Below are positions 27,290 to 36,467 of a stretch of 64,000 nt of DNA, piece by piece (positions within the stretch are counted from its first letter, which is position 1; each line of letters starts with the position of its first letter). The stretch lies in the UHGV virus genome UHGV-0279745, one strand, 5' to 3'. The notes beneath the pieces are model-generated. The model was not told where the DNA came from. It made no database searches and saw nothing but the letters and a program-made list of their open reading frames with translations. Source of the stretch: a virus. The translations under genes and the position numbers were made by a program.

Positions 27290-27909
27290 TGGCTGAACTG
27301 GTAGGAAAGGTACGCGTTCACGAACTACCGACACTTTCAGAAGACGTCACAGGTGTAGTCGTCTTAGCGTCTAAAGAACAAACTGAATACCAACTCCCGA
27401 TTGAAAAATTAGGGGGTGGTGAGGTTACAGTGAGTCCGTCGGCGAATAACATCCTTAAGTCTAACAGTGATGGGTTGTTTGTTAATGGTGCGCATCCGAT
27501 TGTACCAAAAATAGATGCAAAAACCGTATCGGGAAATATGGTAGTAGAAAAAACGTTGACGGGTGGTGCGGTAATCTGCAAAACAACGGTTGACGTTAAT
27601 AACAGGCTGGGTGTTACGCAATTATCAGGGGTATCAATTTATAGCCAGTGTCTGTTGGAAAATAAACTGGTTTACCTGGCAGCAGATGGTGGTATTATTG
27701 ATGCGTACTTCTACGTTAGTGGTACAAAAACCACAGCGAGTACAATAACCCACACCATTCGGGTTGTCTTAGCGAAAGTACCTTCTAAAGTTGTCGATAT
27801 CACCGATTTGTCTGAAACCGAAGTACAATACGAGAATAGTAATTTACCTGTTAAGATCGTTATTAAACATCTTGCAGGGACAACACTTTCTCAGAACGGA
27901 ATGAAATAA
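27289..27909 (+). CDS. short tail-fibre-like protein (fibre N-terminal domain paralog)
   Basis: N-terminus MAELVGKVRVHELPTLSEDVTGVVVLASKEQTEYQLPIEKL is paralogous to the N-terminus of the 1533-aa fibre; ATGA coupling with upstream gene. Confidence 0.6.
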   Translation: MAELVGKVRVHELPTLSEDVTGVVVLASKEQTEYQLPIEKLGGGEVTVSPSANNILKSNSDGLFVNGAHPIVPKIDAKTVSGNMVVEKTLTGGAVICKTTVDVNNRLGVTQLSGVSIYSQCLLENKLVYLAADGGIIDAYFYVSGTKTTASTITHTIRVVLAKVPSKVVDITDLSETEVQYENSNLPVKIVIKHLAGTTLSQNGMK

Positions 27910-27916
27910 TTTTTAG

Positions 27917-27956
27917 GTAGTAGGGGCTTAGCCCCTACTACCTTTTTTATTTTTTC
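27917..27956 (+). terminator. rho-independent terminator
   Basis: GGTAGTAGGGGC-tta-GCCCCTACTACC followed by a T-run. Confidence 0.8.
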
Positions 27957-28002
27957 TCAGATATATATTACCTAGAGGAGAGTGAAATTTACGTTCACTC
28001 CA
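27951..28002 (+). promoter_or_regulatory. conserved promoter-like motif (copy 3) with downstream stem-loop
   Basis: TTTTTTCTCAGATATATATTACCTAGAGGAGAG, then stem-loop GGAGAGTGAA...TTCACTCC. Confidence 0.5.
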
Positions 28003-28029
28003 TTAGTTATAGCCGAAAAGGAGGATTAG

Positions 28030-28881
28030 ATGCATCACCCGTATTATCTCCCGCACATTCTAGCAAATAGGGACCCCGCTTATTATTACGGACAAACAGA
28101 AGGATCTTTTAATCGACTATACATTCGTGAATTTGATACCGATGAAATGACGGATGACCAGTACCTAGAGTATCTAAAAGACCTTTACAGTTTTTCAAAA
28201 TCGAATAAAGATGGCTTTGGACGCCTCTCAGTCATTAGCGATGGTGAATATCGTCATTTAGCTAAGCCTGTTACGTACCCTATTATTACGCGAGCTTATA
28301 CATCGGATAGGCAATATCTTGCTGAACTAAAAATTCCTCTACGGATAGACGGGCCCCAAATTAGCTGTATGGAAGTAGAAATTCAACCAATTGCTGAAGA
28401 CTATATTGAGGACTACTTCAAGAAAGCTAAAGACGTACTCGACGAGGGTTTAAGTTTCTCTGAAGAAGGCACGATTTGTCTTCTCTCGCTACTCTCGAAG
28501 ACTTATGTCACAGCAAATTTCCGTGTCTCTGATTCCAGTAACTACAATACACTTACTCCCTCTAAGACAAAACCGGTTTATTGGGACGATCGGTTAGTCG
28601 ACAGACACCGTTGGCTTACTATCTTAGATAAAGTAAAATTCGAACCCCCTAAACACACCGAAGACAATTTTACTTTATTACACAACTTCGAACCGATCTA
28701 TATCCCGACGCATTTTGAACAAGCCTTACGTCATCGGTTGAAATATGTGTTGGAATTACGGTACGGAAAGATAAATGGGCTAACCTGTTCTGGTGAATTG
28801 AATGAAGATGAACGCGAGAAAATAAAAATCGTGTTTGATAAGTTGGTTGAAGATTACATTAAGAAGGAAGGGCAATTATGA
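28030..28881 (+). CDS. hypothetical protein
   Basis: 283-aa ORF; AAGGAGG upstream; first gene after promoter-like motif copy at 27957. Confidence 0.55.
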   Translation: MHHPYYLPHILANRDPAYYYGQTEGSFNRLYIREFDTDEMTDDQYLEYLKDLYSFSKSNKDGFGRLSVISDGEYRHLAKPVTYPIITRAYTSDRQYLAELKIPLRIDGPQISCMEVEIQPIAEDYIEDYFKKAKDVLDEGLSFSEEGTICLLSLLSKTYVTANFRVSDSSNYNTLTPSKTKPVYWDDRLVDRHRWLTILDKVKFEPPKHTEDNFTLLHNFEPIYIPTHFEQALRHRLKYVLELRYGKINGLTCSGELNEDEREKIKIVFDKLVEDYIKKEGQL

Positions 28882-29321
28882 AACCAAATACTACTAACGG
28901 CATTATGTTACTTTGTGATTCTGAAACGTTAGCAAACCGTATTCGTGGTTTGATGCAAGTACGTTGGCAGCAAAAAGTTCTCGTCGACTATGCTGCCCCA
29001 TTTGTTCACATTACCTGGTTGCCAGAAGCCAGCGATTTCAAAGAACGTATAACCACAAGAAGAATTAAAGAATGGTTATCAGCAATCATTAATAAGCAGA
29101 TTACCGTTATCAATTTCCAACTTTTCGGTACCGCTGAAGAACATGAAATCTTGAAACAGTGTTTAAGAGCGTTGGCTGTTTCCTTTTCTGTTCGTGGTAG
29201 CTGCTACACGGCTTATTTTATCGGTTCGCTTGAACTGTTTAAGAATACGCTAATGCTTCAGCTAAAAGATGACTACAAACTTTTAGATAAAATCGATTTC
29301 GAATTCCCAGGCATGATTTAA
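28878..29321 (+). CDS. hypothetical protein
   Basis: 147-aa ORF; ATGA overlap. Confidence 0.5.
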   Translation: MKPNTTNGIMLLCDSETLANRIRGLMQVRWQQKVLVDYAAPFVHITWLPEASDFKERITTRRIKEWLSAIINKQITVINFQLFGTAEEHEILKQCLRALAVSFSVRGSCYTAYFIGSLELFKNTLMLQLKDDYKLLDKIDFEFPGMI

Positions 29322-29332
29322 GGAACTATAAC

Positions 29333-30178
29333 ATGTTACAGTTCGAACTCACCAAAGAAGAAAAAGTCATTAACAGATTTAAGATCTCCCCTATCCCTAC
29401 TGAAGAACAAATTAAGGAAATCGCTGAGCTACAAAAAACGTACACTTTTTACTATAAAGTTAAATCGGAAACATTTAACATTTTCTGGGTAGAAGGTGAT
29501 GTCGATTTTCCTAACAAACTCATTAGTGCGATTACGGATATTTTAGTACGGTCTGTTGAGGTGTCTAAAGATCCAGAATTACCAGAACAATCGACTTGTG
29601 GGCTAATGGACAAGCCAACTATGAAAGACACCGCTCGTTACACAAGCGAGTTTCCACTTACCCCTAAACAAGCAGATAAAATTGAACCAATACTACACCA
29701 TTTTTTCAGCGATAAATTCACGTATGTGATTGAAGACAACGTGCTTAAAGCGAGCTATAAATATACTGGTTATCGTGCTCTTATAGATCAACTATTGAAA
29801 GATATAGAGGACGAGAATATTCTGCTATTTACCGTTGAAAATATCACAGAAGCCGATGCTGATGAGCTTATTATCCGCGCCGTGGATGTTGAAAAAGAAC
29901 TCGGTGGATTTATAATTTGTCAAAGCAAGTATCTTAAAGATAACTTACATCTCCTGATCAGAAACAAACCACGGTTTCTTAAAGCTTTGAAAACTCATGT
30001 GCGGGAAATTAAGAGATGTAATGAATCTTTTAAACACGTTCTCGAGAAATACGAAAAGGAAGTCAGCGAACGTCTTTCACGCCACTTTTTTGGGGAGTTC
30101 GAAAAACACGTTGACAAATACGCCCAGTTGTTTGATAAGTTTTGTAACGAGATGAGAGAAATTCGAAATCTTAAATAA
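29333..30178 (+). CDS. hypothetical protein
   Basis: 281-aa ORF. Confidence 0.5.
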   Translation: MLQFELTKEEKVINRFKISPIPTEEQIKEIAELQKTYTFYYKVKSETFNIFWVEGDVDFPNKLISAITDILVRSVEVSKDPELPEQSTCGLMDKPTMKDTARYTSEFPLTPKQADKIEPILHHFFSDKFTYVIEDNVLKASYKYTGYRALIDQLLKDIEDENILLFTVENITEADADELIIRAVDVEKELGGFIICQSKYLKDNLHLLIRNKPRFLKALKTHVREIKRCNESFKHVLEKYEKEVSERLSRHFFGEFEKHVDKYAQLFDKFCNEMREIRNLK

Positions 30179-30220
30179 CGAAGGCTTAAACACCACACTA
30201 TCTACCTAAAGGAGCATTAA

Positions 30221-30736
30221 ATGTCAGTAAATATTAACATGAATCTTTATACTAAACGTGAACGTCAGATTCTGGCGAATCAACCTGGCGTTACGACCAT
30301 CGACGGTAAACCTATTGACCGTTTAAAAGTTATCGTTGCGCGAAATTGTCATGAACGCGATTGGGATATCACCTACTTCCGTTGCTGTTCGGTCGCAAAC
30401 GCGCTTACTCAACTCTCTAACTATCACCCAGGACCGCTATTAAAAGACTGGGTTTGGTTAGTCCCTAAAACTCCCTCAGCAATTGAGTATCCCGCTGGGT
30501 TAGTCTATATTCGACCTGTCGCTTACCCAGAACGTCTGAAAGAGTATCTTGAAGTTATCTGGAACCGCCCTCGTAAAGAGCTGGCGTCGATTATTAATTT
30601 ACTGCAGCAGATCGATATCCCCGGTGTTTCGAATTTGAAACTCACGTCTCGCGATATTAACCAAGCTTACTGGGAACTGGAGTGGACTGAACCGAAATTC
30701 GAAAACACTAACCGTATTTTCTTGCACCGGGGGTAA
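30221..30736 (+). CDS. hypothetical protein
   Basis: 171-aa ORF preceded by ACCTAAAGGAGCATT. Confidence 0.5.
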   Translation: MSVNINMNLYTKRERQILANQPGVTTIDGKPIDRLKVIVARNCHERDWDITYFRCCSVANALTQLSNYHPGPLLKDWVWLVPKTPSAIEYPAGLVYIRPVAYPERLKEYLEVIWNRPRKELASIINLLQQIDIPGVSNLKLTSRDINQAYWELEWTEPKFENTNRIFLHRG

Positions 30737-30738
30737 AA

Positions 30739-31020
30739 ATGTTAGATTGGTTGTTGGGATTAATTAACTCACGTCAACAGGAGCTTTATAAAGAAAACGC
30801 ACGGTTACGGCAGGAACTTAGTAACAATCGTCAAACCAAACGACAATTAATTCGGATGGTAAAACAACAGGCGCGTTGTATACGGGATATCGATTATCAG
30901 TATCACCGTCTGAATACCTTAGACCCAACAACAAAAGCTTTAGGCAGTACGATTGGACATGCACGTAAAGTCAGTCACGATGCGTTAGTTCGATTAGATA
31001 CAATAGAAGAGAAACTGTGA
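30739..31020 (+). CDS. hypothetical small protein
   Basis: 93-aa ORF; basic/coiled-coil character. Confidence 0.45.
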   Translation: MLDWLLGLINSRQQELYKENARLRQELSNNRQTKRQLIRMVKQQARCIRDIDYQYHRLNTLDPTTKALGSTIGHARKVSHDALVRLDTIEEKL

Positions 31021-31054
31021 TTAGCTCTCCCTCGGGAACGCCGAGGGAGATAAG

Positions 31055-31453
31055 GTGATTTACATGATGCGTTTAGTTTACTTAAAAAGGCGTTTGTTAT
31101 TAAAAGCCCAACTGTTTGTTAACGGGAAAGTTAAAAACTGGCTGTGTGGTAAAAGAGTACAATATGTCGTTAAAGAAGGCGACTGGTATACGGAGGTTGT
31201 GACTTCCCCTAACGGTGAACTTATAAACGTTACTATTCGTGACGTTATGGTTAAGGTTGGCAGGGGAGGCGGTCGGTTGTTTGAATCGGAAACTATAAGA
31301 GTCGCTGCTAAACAATTGAAAGAAGGTCGAGTTATATTCAACTCTACTGCCCAGAAATACTACGACAATTTATTCGAGTGTCAACGAGCAATGGAGAGAA
31401 TGACCCGTGAGATGCGAAAAATGCACATCACGGAGATCACTATAGGAGTTTAA
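31055..31453 (+). CDS. hypothetical protein
   Basis: 132-aa ORF; start ambiguous between GTG 31055 and ATG 31064. Confidence 0.45.
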   Translation: MIYMMRLVYLKRRLLLKAQLFVNGKVKNWLCGKRVQYVVKEGDWYTEVVTSPNGELINVTIRDVMVKVGRGGGRLFESETIRVAAKQLKEGRVIFNSTAQKYYDNLFECQRAMERMTREMRKMHITEITIGV

Positions 31454-31455
31454 CG

Positions 31456-31764
31456 ATGGAAAGTAAAATCACAAACACATCGGTACCTGAGAACATTGTC
31501 AACTATATTCTCCGCGGTGGGTTGTTAGAAGACAATAAAGAAACGTGCGATAAACTCGTTTCTCAACTACTGCCTATTCGTTCAGAATACTGCGAAATCG
31601 TTATCTTAGGTTCCGAGTATTGCGTACGCTCTTACTGCCGTCGTTTCGAAGCCTTACGCGTTCCACGTACGTTAGGTGGCGTGATCTTACTGATTTCGTC
31701 TTTTCAAGACGCTCATGTGCGTGTGGCGACCTGGATTGCCAAAGGAGGCGATAGTGGTTTTTAA
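31456..31764 (+). CDS. hypothetical protein
   Basis: 102-aa ORF. Confidence 0.45.
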   Translation: MESKITNTSVPENIVNYILRGGLLEDNKETCDKLVSQLLPIRSEYCEIVILGSEYCVRSYCRRFEALRVPRTLGGVILLISSFQDAHVRVATWIAKGGDSGF

Positions 31765-32062
31765 ATTGCTAGGTTTCGGAAAATGCAAAGCGTGCGCAGA
31801 GCACGAAGAATTTATCAAGCTATTAGAAGAAACAGTTGAAACACAACAAGAACTTATCTCTGAATACCGTGCGAAAACAGGTTCAGTAGAATATTTGACT
31901 GTTCTCGTTTGTGCTATTGCTGAATTGGGTTGTGAGGGTAAATTGCCTAAAGAGGAGATATTAAAACTATTAAAAGAAAAAACGTCGTTTTACCGTAAAG
32001 ATATTGAAGACTGTAAACGTGAGATTATAAGAGCGAATTGGGAGATTATCAATGAAGCGTGA
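31754..32062 (+). CDS. hypothetical protein
   Basis: ORF 31715-32062; start placed at GTG 31754 after AAAGGAGG (31741-31748). Confidence 0.45.
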   Translation: MVFKLLGFGKCKACAEHEEFIKLLEETVETQQELISEYRAKTGSVEYLTVLVCAIAELGCEGKLPKEEILKLLKEKTSFYRKDIEDCKREIIRANWEIINEA

Positions 32063-32333
32063 AACAATTGTATTTTGTCAAAACGGTGATGTAAAACAGT
32101 ACCGGGGTAAGAAGTTAATTCGTACGTTAGATTATCGCGAAGCAAAACGTTTCGTTGAAGAGTGTGCGTGGTTAATGCATTACGAAGGGAACTATCGTGC
32201 CATCTTAGAAGCGCCGCGTTTAGAACGTGCAGTTGCGCAGATGGCAATAGGTAATCCTAAGAACTGTTACCTAGCACGCAAACCAAAATACCTACAGCGT
32301 GTCTCGCTAGGCAGTTTTATTGCGGGATTTTAA
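32052..32333 (+). CDS. hypothetical protein
   Basis: 93-aa ORF. Confidence 0.45.
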   Translation: MKRETIVFCQNGDVKQYRGKKLIRTLDYREAKRFVEECAWLMHYEGNYRAILEAPRLERAVAQMAIGNPKNCYLARKPKYLQRVSLGSFIAGF

Positions 32334-32337
32334 TAAA

Positions 32338-32390
32338 AATAATTTCAGATATATATTACTTAGGTGAGAGTACAAAAGCTCTCACTTAAC
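32338..32390 (+). promoter_or_regulatory. conserved promoter-like motif (copy 4) with downstream stem-loop
   Basis: ATTTCAGATATATATTACTTAGGTGAGAG, then stem-loop GTGAGAG-tacaaaag-CTCTCAC. Confidence 0.5.
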
Positions 32391-32415
32391 GAAAACCATT
32401 TTAGGAGAATATACC

Positions 32416-32910
32416 ATGAACTTCACTAGACTTGATTACACTAACGAATTAGTCGACAAAGAAAAATACAAATTCACAGTTGACTTGGGTTATGGGCTGT
32501 GGGACGTAGAAAAAGACGTCCTATACAAAGAATTCCGTGAGCAGTTCGGTGCTTTGTTCTGCGCAGGTTTCCGTAGAAACTCTATCGATGTCGGTTATAG
32601 CGCAACACCGTATACCGACGAAGAAATGTTTAAGCTGATAACAGAGATTGTCGGAACACGTGTGGCTAAACGTTTTAATTATTCTAACGAACTTGTTTCG
32701 AAAGACCATTACAAATTCACCGTTAGATTACACGTACCCCTCACCGAAGAAGATAAGAATACACTCTATAAAGCCCTACAAACCGAATTCGGTAAAACAC
32801 TCAAAGTCGGGTTCCGTAGTCGTAGTATCGACATCGGTATTAGCGTAGACTTGTGCAGTGACGATGACCTTTACGAATTAGTTTCGGAAGTTATCAGAAA
32901 ACATCTCTAA
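32416..32910 (+). CDS. hypothetical protein with internal tandem duplication (2 x ~80 aa)
   Basis: Two repeats: YTNELVDKEKYKFTVDL...GFRRNSIDVGYS and YSNELVSKDHYKFTVRL...GFRSRSIDIGIS. Confidence 0.55.
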   Translation: MNFTRLDYTNELVDKEKYKFTVDLGYGLWDVEKDVLYKEFREQFGALFCAGFRRNSIDVGYSATPYTDEEMFKLITEIVGTRVAKRFNYSNELVSKDHYKFTVRLHVPLTEEDKNTLYKALQTEFGKTLKVGFRSRSIDIGISVDLCSDDDLYELVSEVIRKHL

Positions 32911-32965
32911 GCATAAATCAACTCATTATCACTTCGACATGTAAAAACTAAAAAGGAAGATAAAA

Positions 32966-33742
32966 ATGAAAACTGTTGAGTTTAAAAATAGCAGTCTTTG
33001 GGCATACTCGCACATCATTACGAGTTTCCTGAAAAACGTTACTTCGCACCTCGCTTATCAGTTTTGTGGAAATGAGCTCACTATCGGTGGTTTTAACGAG
33101 GAAGAATTAAAACGTGCAAAAGAGTTCATTGACGATGTTCTTCATGGTGATGCGACGTGTTTAGTTGCGAGTTACGTTGCTAAAGACAAAGGAAGATTAA
33201 ACATCATGGCAATTTTCAGGGCGCTCTCCGAAAAAGTATACGAAGTTGAGAAGGTTAGTCATGGCGTTTATATTGTTTACTTTAAACGTTCGGCGGAGAA
33301 AAACGCTGATAAACTTCTGGAGTATTTCGACTGTAACCCAGGGGAAGGTATGGATGTTTATACGCTCGGTTATGATGGGGTACCTCACCGGAATAACCTT
33401 ATTCGTATTGACGAACCTTTTTCAGTCAATGATAGCTCCACGCCTATAGAGTTGGTTCTGGTACACAAAGATCGATTCGCGCATTACGATTCTGATACTA
33501 TTCAACGTGTCCTGAACAACGTTAATATACAGTTTTCACAAACCGAACACCTGGTACGTGCTTGTGTTAGGTCTAACGGCACAACATCATTTTTCCTCGA
33601 ACGTCAAATCGTTTGGCAGACTTATCTGGCTTTGATGGAAGAACTCGATAGGATCGAACCAGTTCAGGTTGGTACAAATTGCTTATATTGGATAAAAACA
33701 AAGGGGTTCATGAATGAAAACACTCAATTCAGATTTGCGTGA
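32966..33742 (+). CDS. hypothetical protein
   Basis: 258-aa ORF. Confidence 0.5.
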   Translation: MKTVEFKNSSLWAYSHIITSFLKNVTSHLAYQFCGNELTIGGFNEEELKRAKEFIDDVLHGDATCLVASYVAKDKGRLNIMAIFRALSEKVYEVEKVSHGVYIVYFKRSAEKNADKLLEYFDCNPGEGMDVYTLGYDGVPHRNNLIRIDEPFSVNDSSTPIELVLVHKDRFAHYDSDTIQRVLNNVNIQFSQTEHLVRACVRSNGTTSFFLERQIVWQTYLALMEELDRIEPVQVGTNCLYWIKTKGFMNENTQFRFA

Positions 33743-34142
33743 TTATATCCGTAAGTATCCAGCCAGTATTCCTGTACTGGCTTCACTTACGCTTTCAGGT
33801 ACTGACGTTAACGTCTTAACTGTGGAACAATTTCACGAGATAATAAAAACCGCATATAACTCCATTACCGCAACGTCAGTACGTAAACGTTGCGATTACC
33901 CAGACGGTGATTTCGGTACAGAGATGTTTACCGATTACGCGGTTGCGTTTCTGTTAGGCCGACACTGTCTCGATAAACTTAACACTGCTGTAGAAGGGGA
34001 AACAGTGACGGAAATAGTCAATGCTTGGCAGCAACGTATTCTGAATGACCCTTACTGTCGCCAAGCGTTAAAACGTATGTCCACAACGGCGATTACAAAC
34101 GACCAGCGTGCTTTAGAGTTCTTTAAGCACAACTACAGCTAA
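33714..34142 (+). CDS. hypothetical protein (paralog of 35008-35439)
   Basis: Shares L+DxIRNYIR..P and W..R..NDP...MS.T with the 35008 ORF. Confidence 0.5.
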   Translation: MKTLNSDLRDYIRKYPASIPVLASLTLSGTDVNVLTVEQFHEIIKTAYNSITATSVRKRCDYPDGDFGTEMFTDYAVAFLLGRHCLDKLNTAVEGETVTEIVNAWQQRILNDPYCRQALKRMSTTAITNDQRALEFFKHNYS

Positions 34143-34163
34143 TTTACCAAAAGGAAAAATGAC

Positions 34164-34931
34164 ATGTTTAATATCGAAATTACCCCGCTCGTTAAAACTG
34201 AAATCCGTCCGGTTCCCGAAGCACAATTACTCGATCAACTTTATCGCATATTCCTGGATAAAGGTGTACATTTCCGTGTAGAACAAGTCAATGATGAAAG
34301 CATCGTGTTCTACTGGACTCACAGCAACGATTATCTTTGTGACACTATTGCGAAAGAAATCGGTGAGTTACTCAACCCAGCAGAAGGTACCACGAACGCC
34401 TGGGTAGAAACGACCGAGACTGAACAACCGAAAGCCGAGGCCGAAAAACAGCAGAAAGACGAACCGCACGTCCTCTGGTACGAAGGTAAGAAGATTAAGG
34501 AAATTAAAGAAGCGTTAGAGACCCTCTATCACGACGATTTAGGCATTTACTGGGATAACAGCAAGCTCGTCGTTCGATTGAAGAAAGACGATCGTAACCT
34601 CATGGAAGATATTCGTTCTATCGTTAAGCTGATCGATAACGACGCTGTTCGACTTATTTCGATTCATGGTATCGGAAAAGATACCGCTGATGAACTCATG
34701 CGTGTGGCTGTTCACGAACATAAGGAGAAAATTCATCAATCCGTTTACAAAGGTGAAACGCTCACCGTTTTGATCGACAACGATGTTGAGGTTTTCAAAT
34801 CATTAACGAACTTTATGCGAATAGTTTCAACGGATTCTTATATCGAAAAAGCACGTGCCATGGTTCTCGAAAAGATTTTTGATATTTACAACAAAGATTG
34901 CGATTGTCCTAATTGTCAAAAACGTCGATAA
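34164..34931 (+). CDS. hypothetical protein (C-terminal CDCPNC motif)
   Basis: 255-aa ORF ending in DCDCPNCQKRR. Confidence 0.5.
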   Translation: MFNIEITPLVKTEIRPVPEAQLLDQLYRIFLDKGVHFRVEQVNDESIVFYWTHSNDYLCDTIAKEIGELLNPAEGTTNAWVETTETEQPKAEAEKQQKDEPHVLWYEGKKIKEIKEALETLYHDDLGIYWDNSKLVVRLKKDDRNLMEDIRSIVKLIDNDAVRLISIHGIGKDTADELMRVAVHEHKEKIHQSVYKGETLTVLIDNDVEVFKSLTNFMRIVSTDSYIEKARAMVLEKIFDIYNKDCDCPNCQKRR

Positions 34932-35007
34932 TTAACGACGTTCTAAATTCATCTAAGGGGTGGTAATCCGCCCCTCTATTATTGTATTTACCTAAAGGAG
35001 TATTAAA

Positions 35008-35439
35008 ATGTTTTTCGTACTAAAAGATGAAATCCGTAACTACATTCGTAACAACCCGATTGCTCTGGGCGTTTTAGCAGGTTTCTGTCGTCCAAATACT
35101 GATTTCGATTTAGTTAAGTTAGAAGAATATCAGGAAATTGTGAATACTAACTACTTGCACATCTGTAGCTGGGGTAAACGCCCTCGCGAAGAGTACCCTG
35201 TAGGTGAGTTAGGTGACACTATGCACCGTGACCAGAATCTGATGCACGAATTCGTTGAATACACACTGGAAAATCTTAACTATCCGCTTCTGGTCGACAC
35301 TGTACCAGAAATGGTTGACGAGTGGTTAAGTCGTGTTTACAATGATCCTACTGCCAGCACCCTGCTGAGCCAGATGTCGCAAACTTCTCGCGATATCGAC
35401 ACCCGCACGCTGATGTACTTAGCACACAACGTTCGTTAA
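35008..35439 (+). CDS. hypothetical protein (paralog of 33714-34142)
   Basis: Paralogous N- and C-terminal motifs; terminator follows. Confidence 0.5.
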   Translation: MFFVLKDEIRNYIRNNPIALGVLAGFCRPNTDFDLVKLEEYQEIVNTNYLHICSWGKRPREEYPVGELGDTMHRDQNLMHEFVEYTLENLNYPLLVDTVPEMVDEWLSRVYNDPTASTLLSQMSQTSRDIDTRTLMYLAHNVR

Positions 35440-35446
35440 TCTCACT

Positions 35447-35500
35447 CCGCTATAGGCTTCGGTCTATAGCGGAATTAATTTTCTTTCCCTTTTCTTTTTT
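35447..35500 (+). terminator. rho-independent terminator
   Basis: CCGCTATAG-gcttcggt-CTATAGCGG followed by a T-rich tract. Confidence 0.65.
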
Positions 35501-35605
35501 GTTATTTTGACACTACTTTACTTACCCTCTACTCGACTATTCCTATGCTGGCTGAGGGATGTAAAACGACCTCTTAAACCTTTTTACTTATTGTGAGTTA
35601 ACGCG

Positions 35606-36454
35606 ATGTCTCTTACGTCAAAACAGAAACTGCTAAAACTCATCAACACTGAAAACAATATTGTTCCGCCATTGACCTTCAGTGATGTTGATATCGGCGA
35701 ACCTACTGGTACTAGGGTTGATACCCAGGTGGTTCTGACTTCTAAACTCAAAGGCGATGAGTCTACTACTTTAACAGTGACTTACCATCGTCGTAATTTG
35801 CCCGAATACCTAACAGGTGAATTGGTATTCGGTAACGACGGTGTTGTAACCGCTACAGATTTGCTTAATGCAATCAACGCAAAATACGATTTAAATATCC
35901 TGCCGTCGGATATCGTTGATGCGAAAGTTGAAGGTGAAACCCATCAGCTTACCGCTAACGAGAAATCCTACGAATGGTGTGGCGAGGTGACACTTACGCT
36001 ACGCGATCCTATTGATCTGGCTAAACTGTTACCTGTTACTCAATTAGAAAACCTGGTAGAGTATCCGTCCACTAAGAAAGGTAACGCAGCGGTTTATTCT
36101 TATCCAATTGACTTCACCGCAGAAAAAGATTACCTCGATCCGATTACCATTAACGACACTGTCGACCTGGCTGAGTTAGCCACTAAACTGGTCAACGTCG
36201 TTGATGAGAAATGGGTAAGCGTACCTAAAAACGCTGCTAATAACCTCTACGGTGCTAAGGTTATCTACGATGGCCCTACCGCAGGTTACGAAGGTGCAAA
36301 TACGAAGTACACGCGTGTGCTGGTACTCGCACTCAGTGGACTGTGTGCTAACCTGACCGGTAATCTGTTAATCCACTTTAACGGTACCGATCGTCCGAAG
36401 TCGAAGATTGAATTAGCTAAAACTAATTCGGTCTTACCGGGATTCTTAGATTAA
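35606..36454 (+). CDS. family-X paralog (putative virion-associated protein)
   Basis: N-terminal KLINTENN...LTFSDVDIGEP...TLTVTYHRRNL matches the family-X signature. Confidence 0.55.
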   Translation: MSLTSKQKLLKLINTENNIVPPLTFSDVDIGEPTGTRVDTQVVLTSKLKGDESTTLTVTYHRRNLPEYLTGELVFGNDGVVTATDLLNAINAKYDLNILPSDIVDAKVEGETHQLTANEKSYEWCGEVTLTLRDPIDLAKLLPVTQLENLVEYPSTKKGNAAVYSYPIDFTAEKDYLDPITINDTVDLAELATKLVNVVDEKWVSVPKNAANNLYGAKVIYDGPTAGYEGANTKYTRVLVLALSGLCANLTGNLLIHFNGTDRPKSKIELAKTNSVLPGFLD

Positions 36455-36467
36455 GAGGATTACAGTA

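Noticed and set aside
31020-31054. Hairpin CTCCCTCGG-gaacg-CCGAGGGAG as a terminator
   Set aside because: There is no downstream T-run and it immediately precedes a start codon; it may be an RNA structural element but is not a canonical intrinsic terminator.
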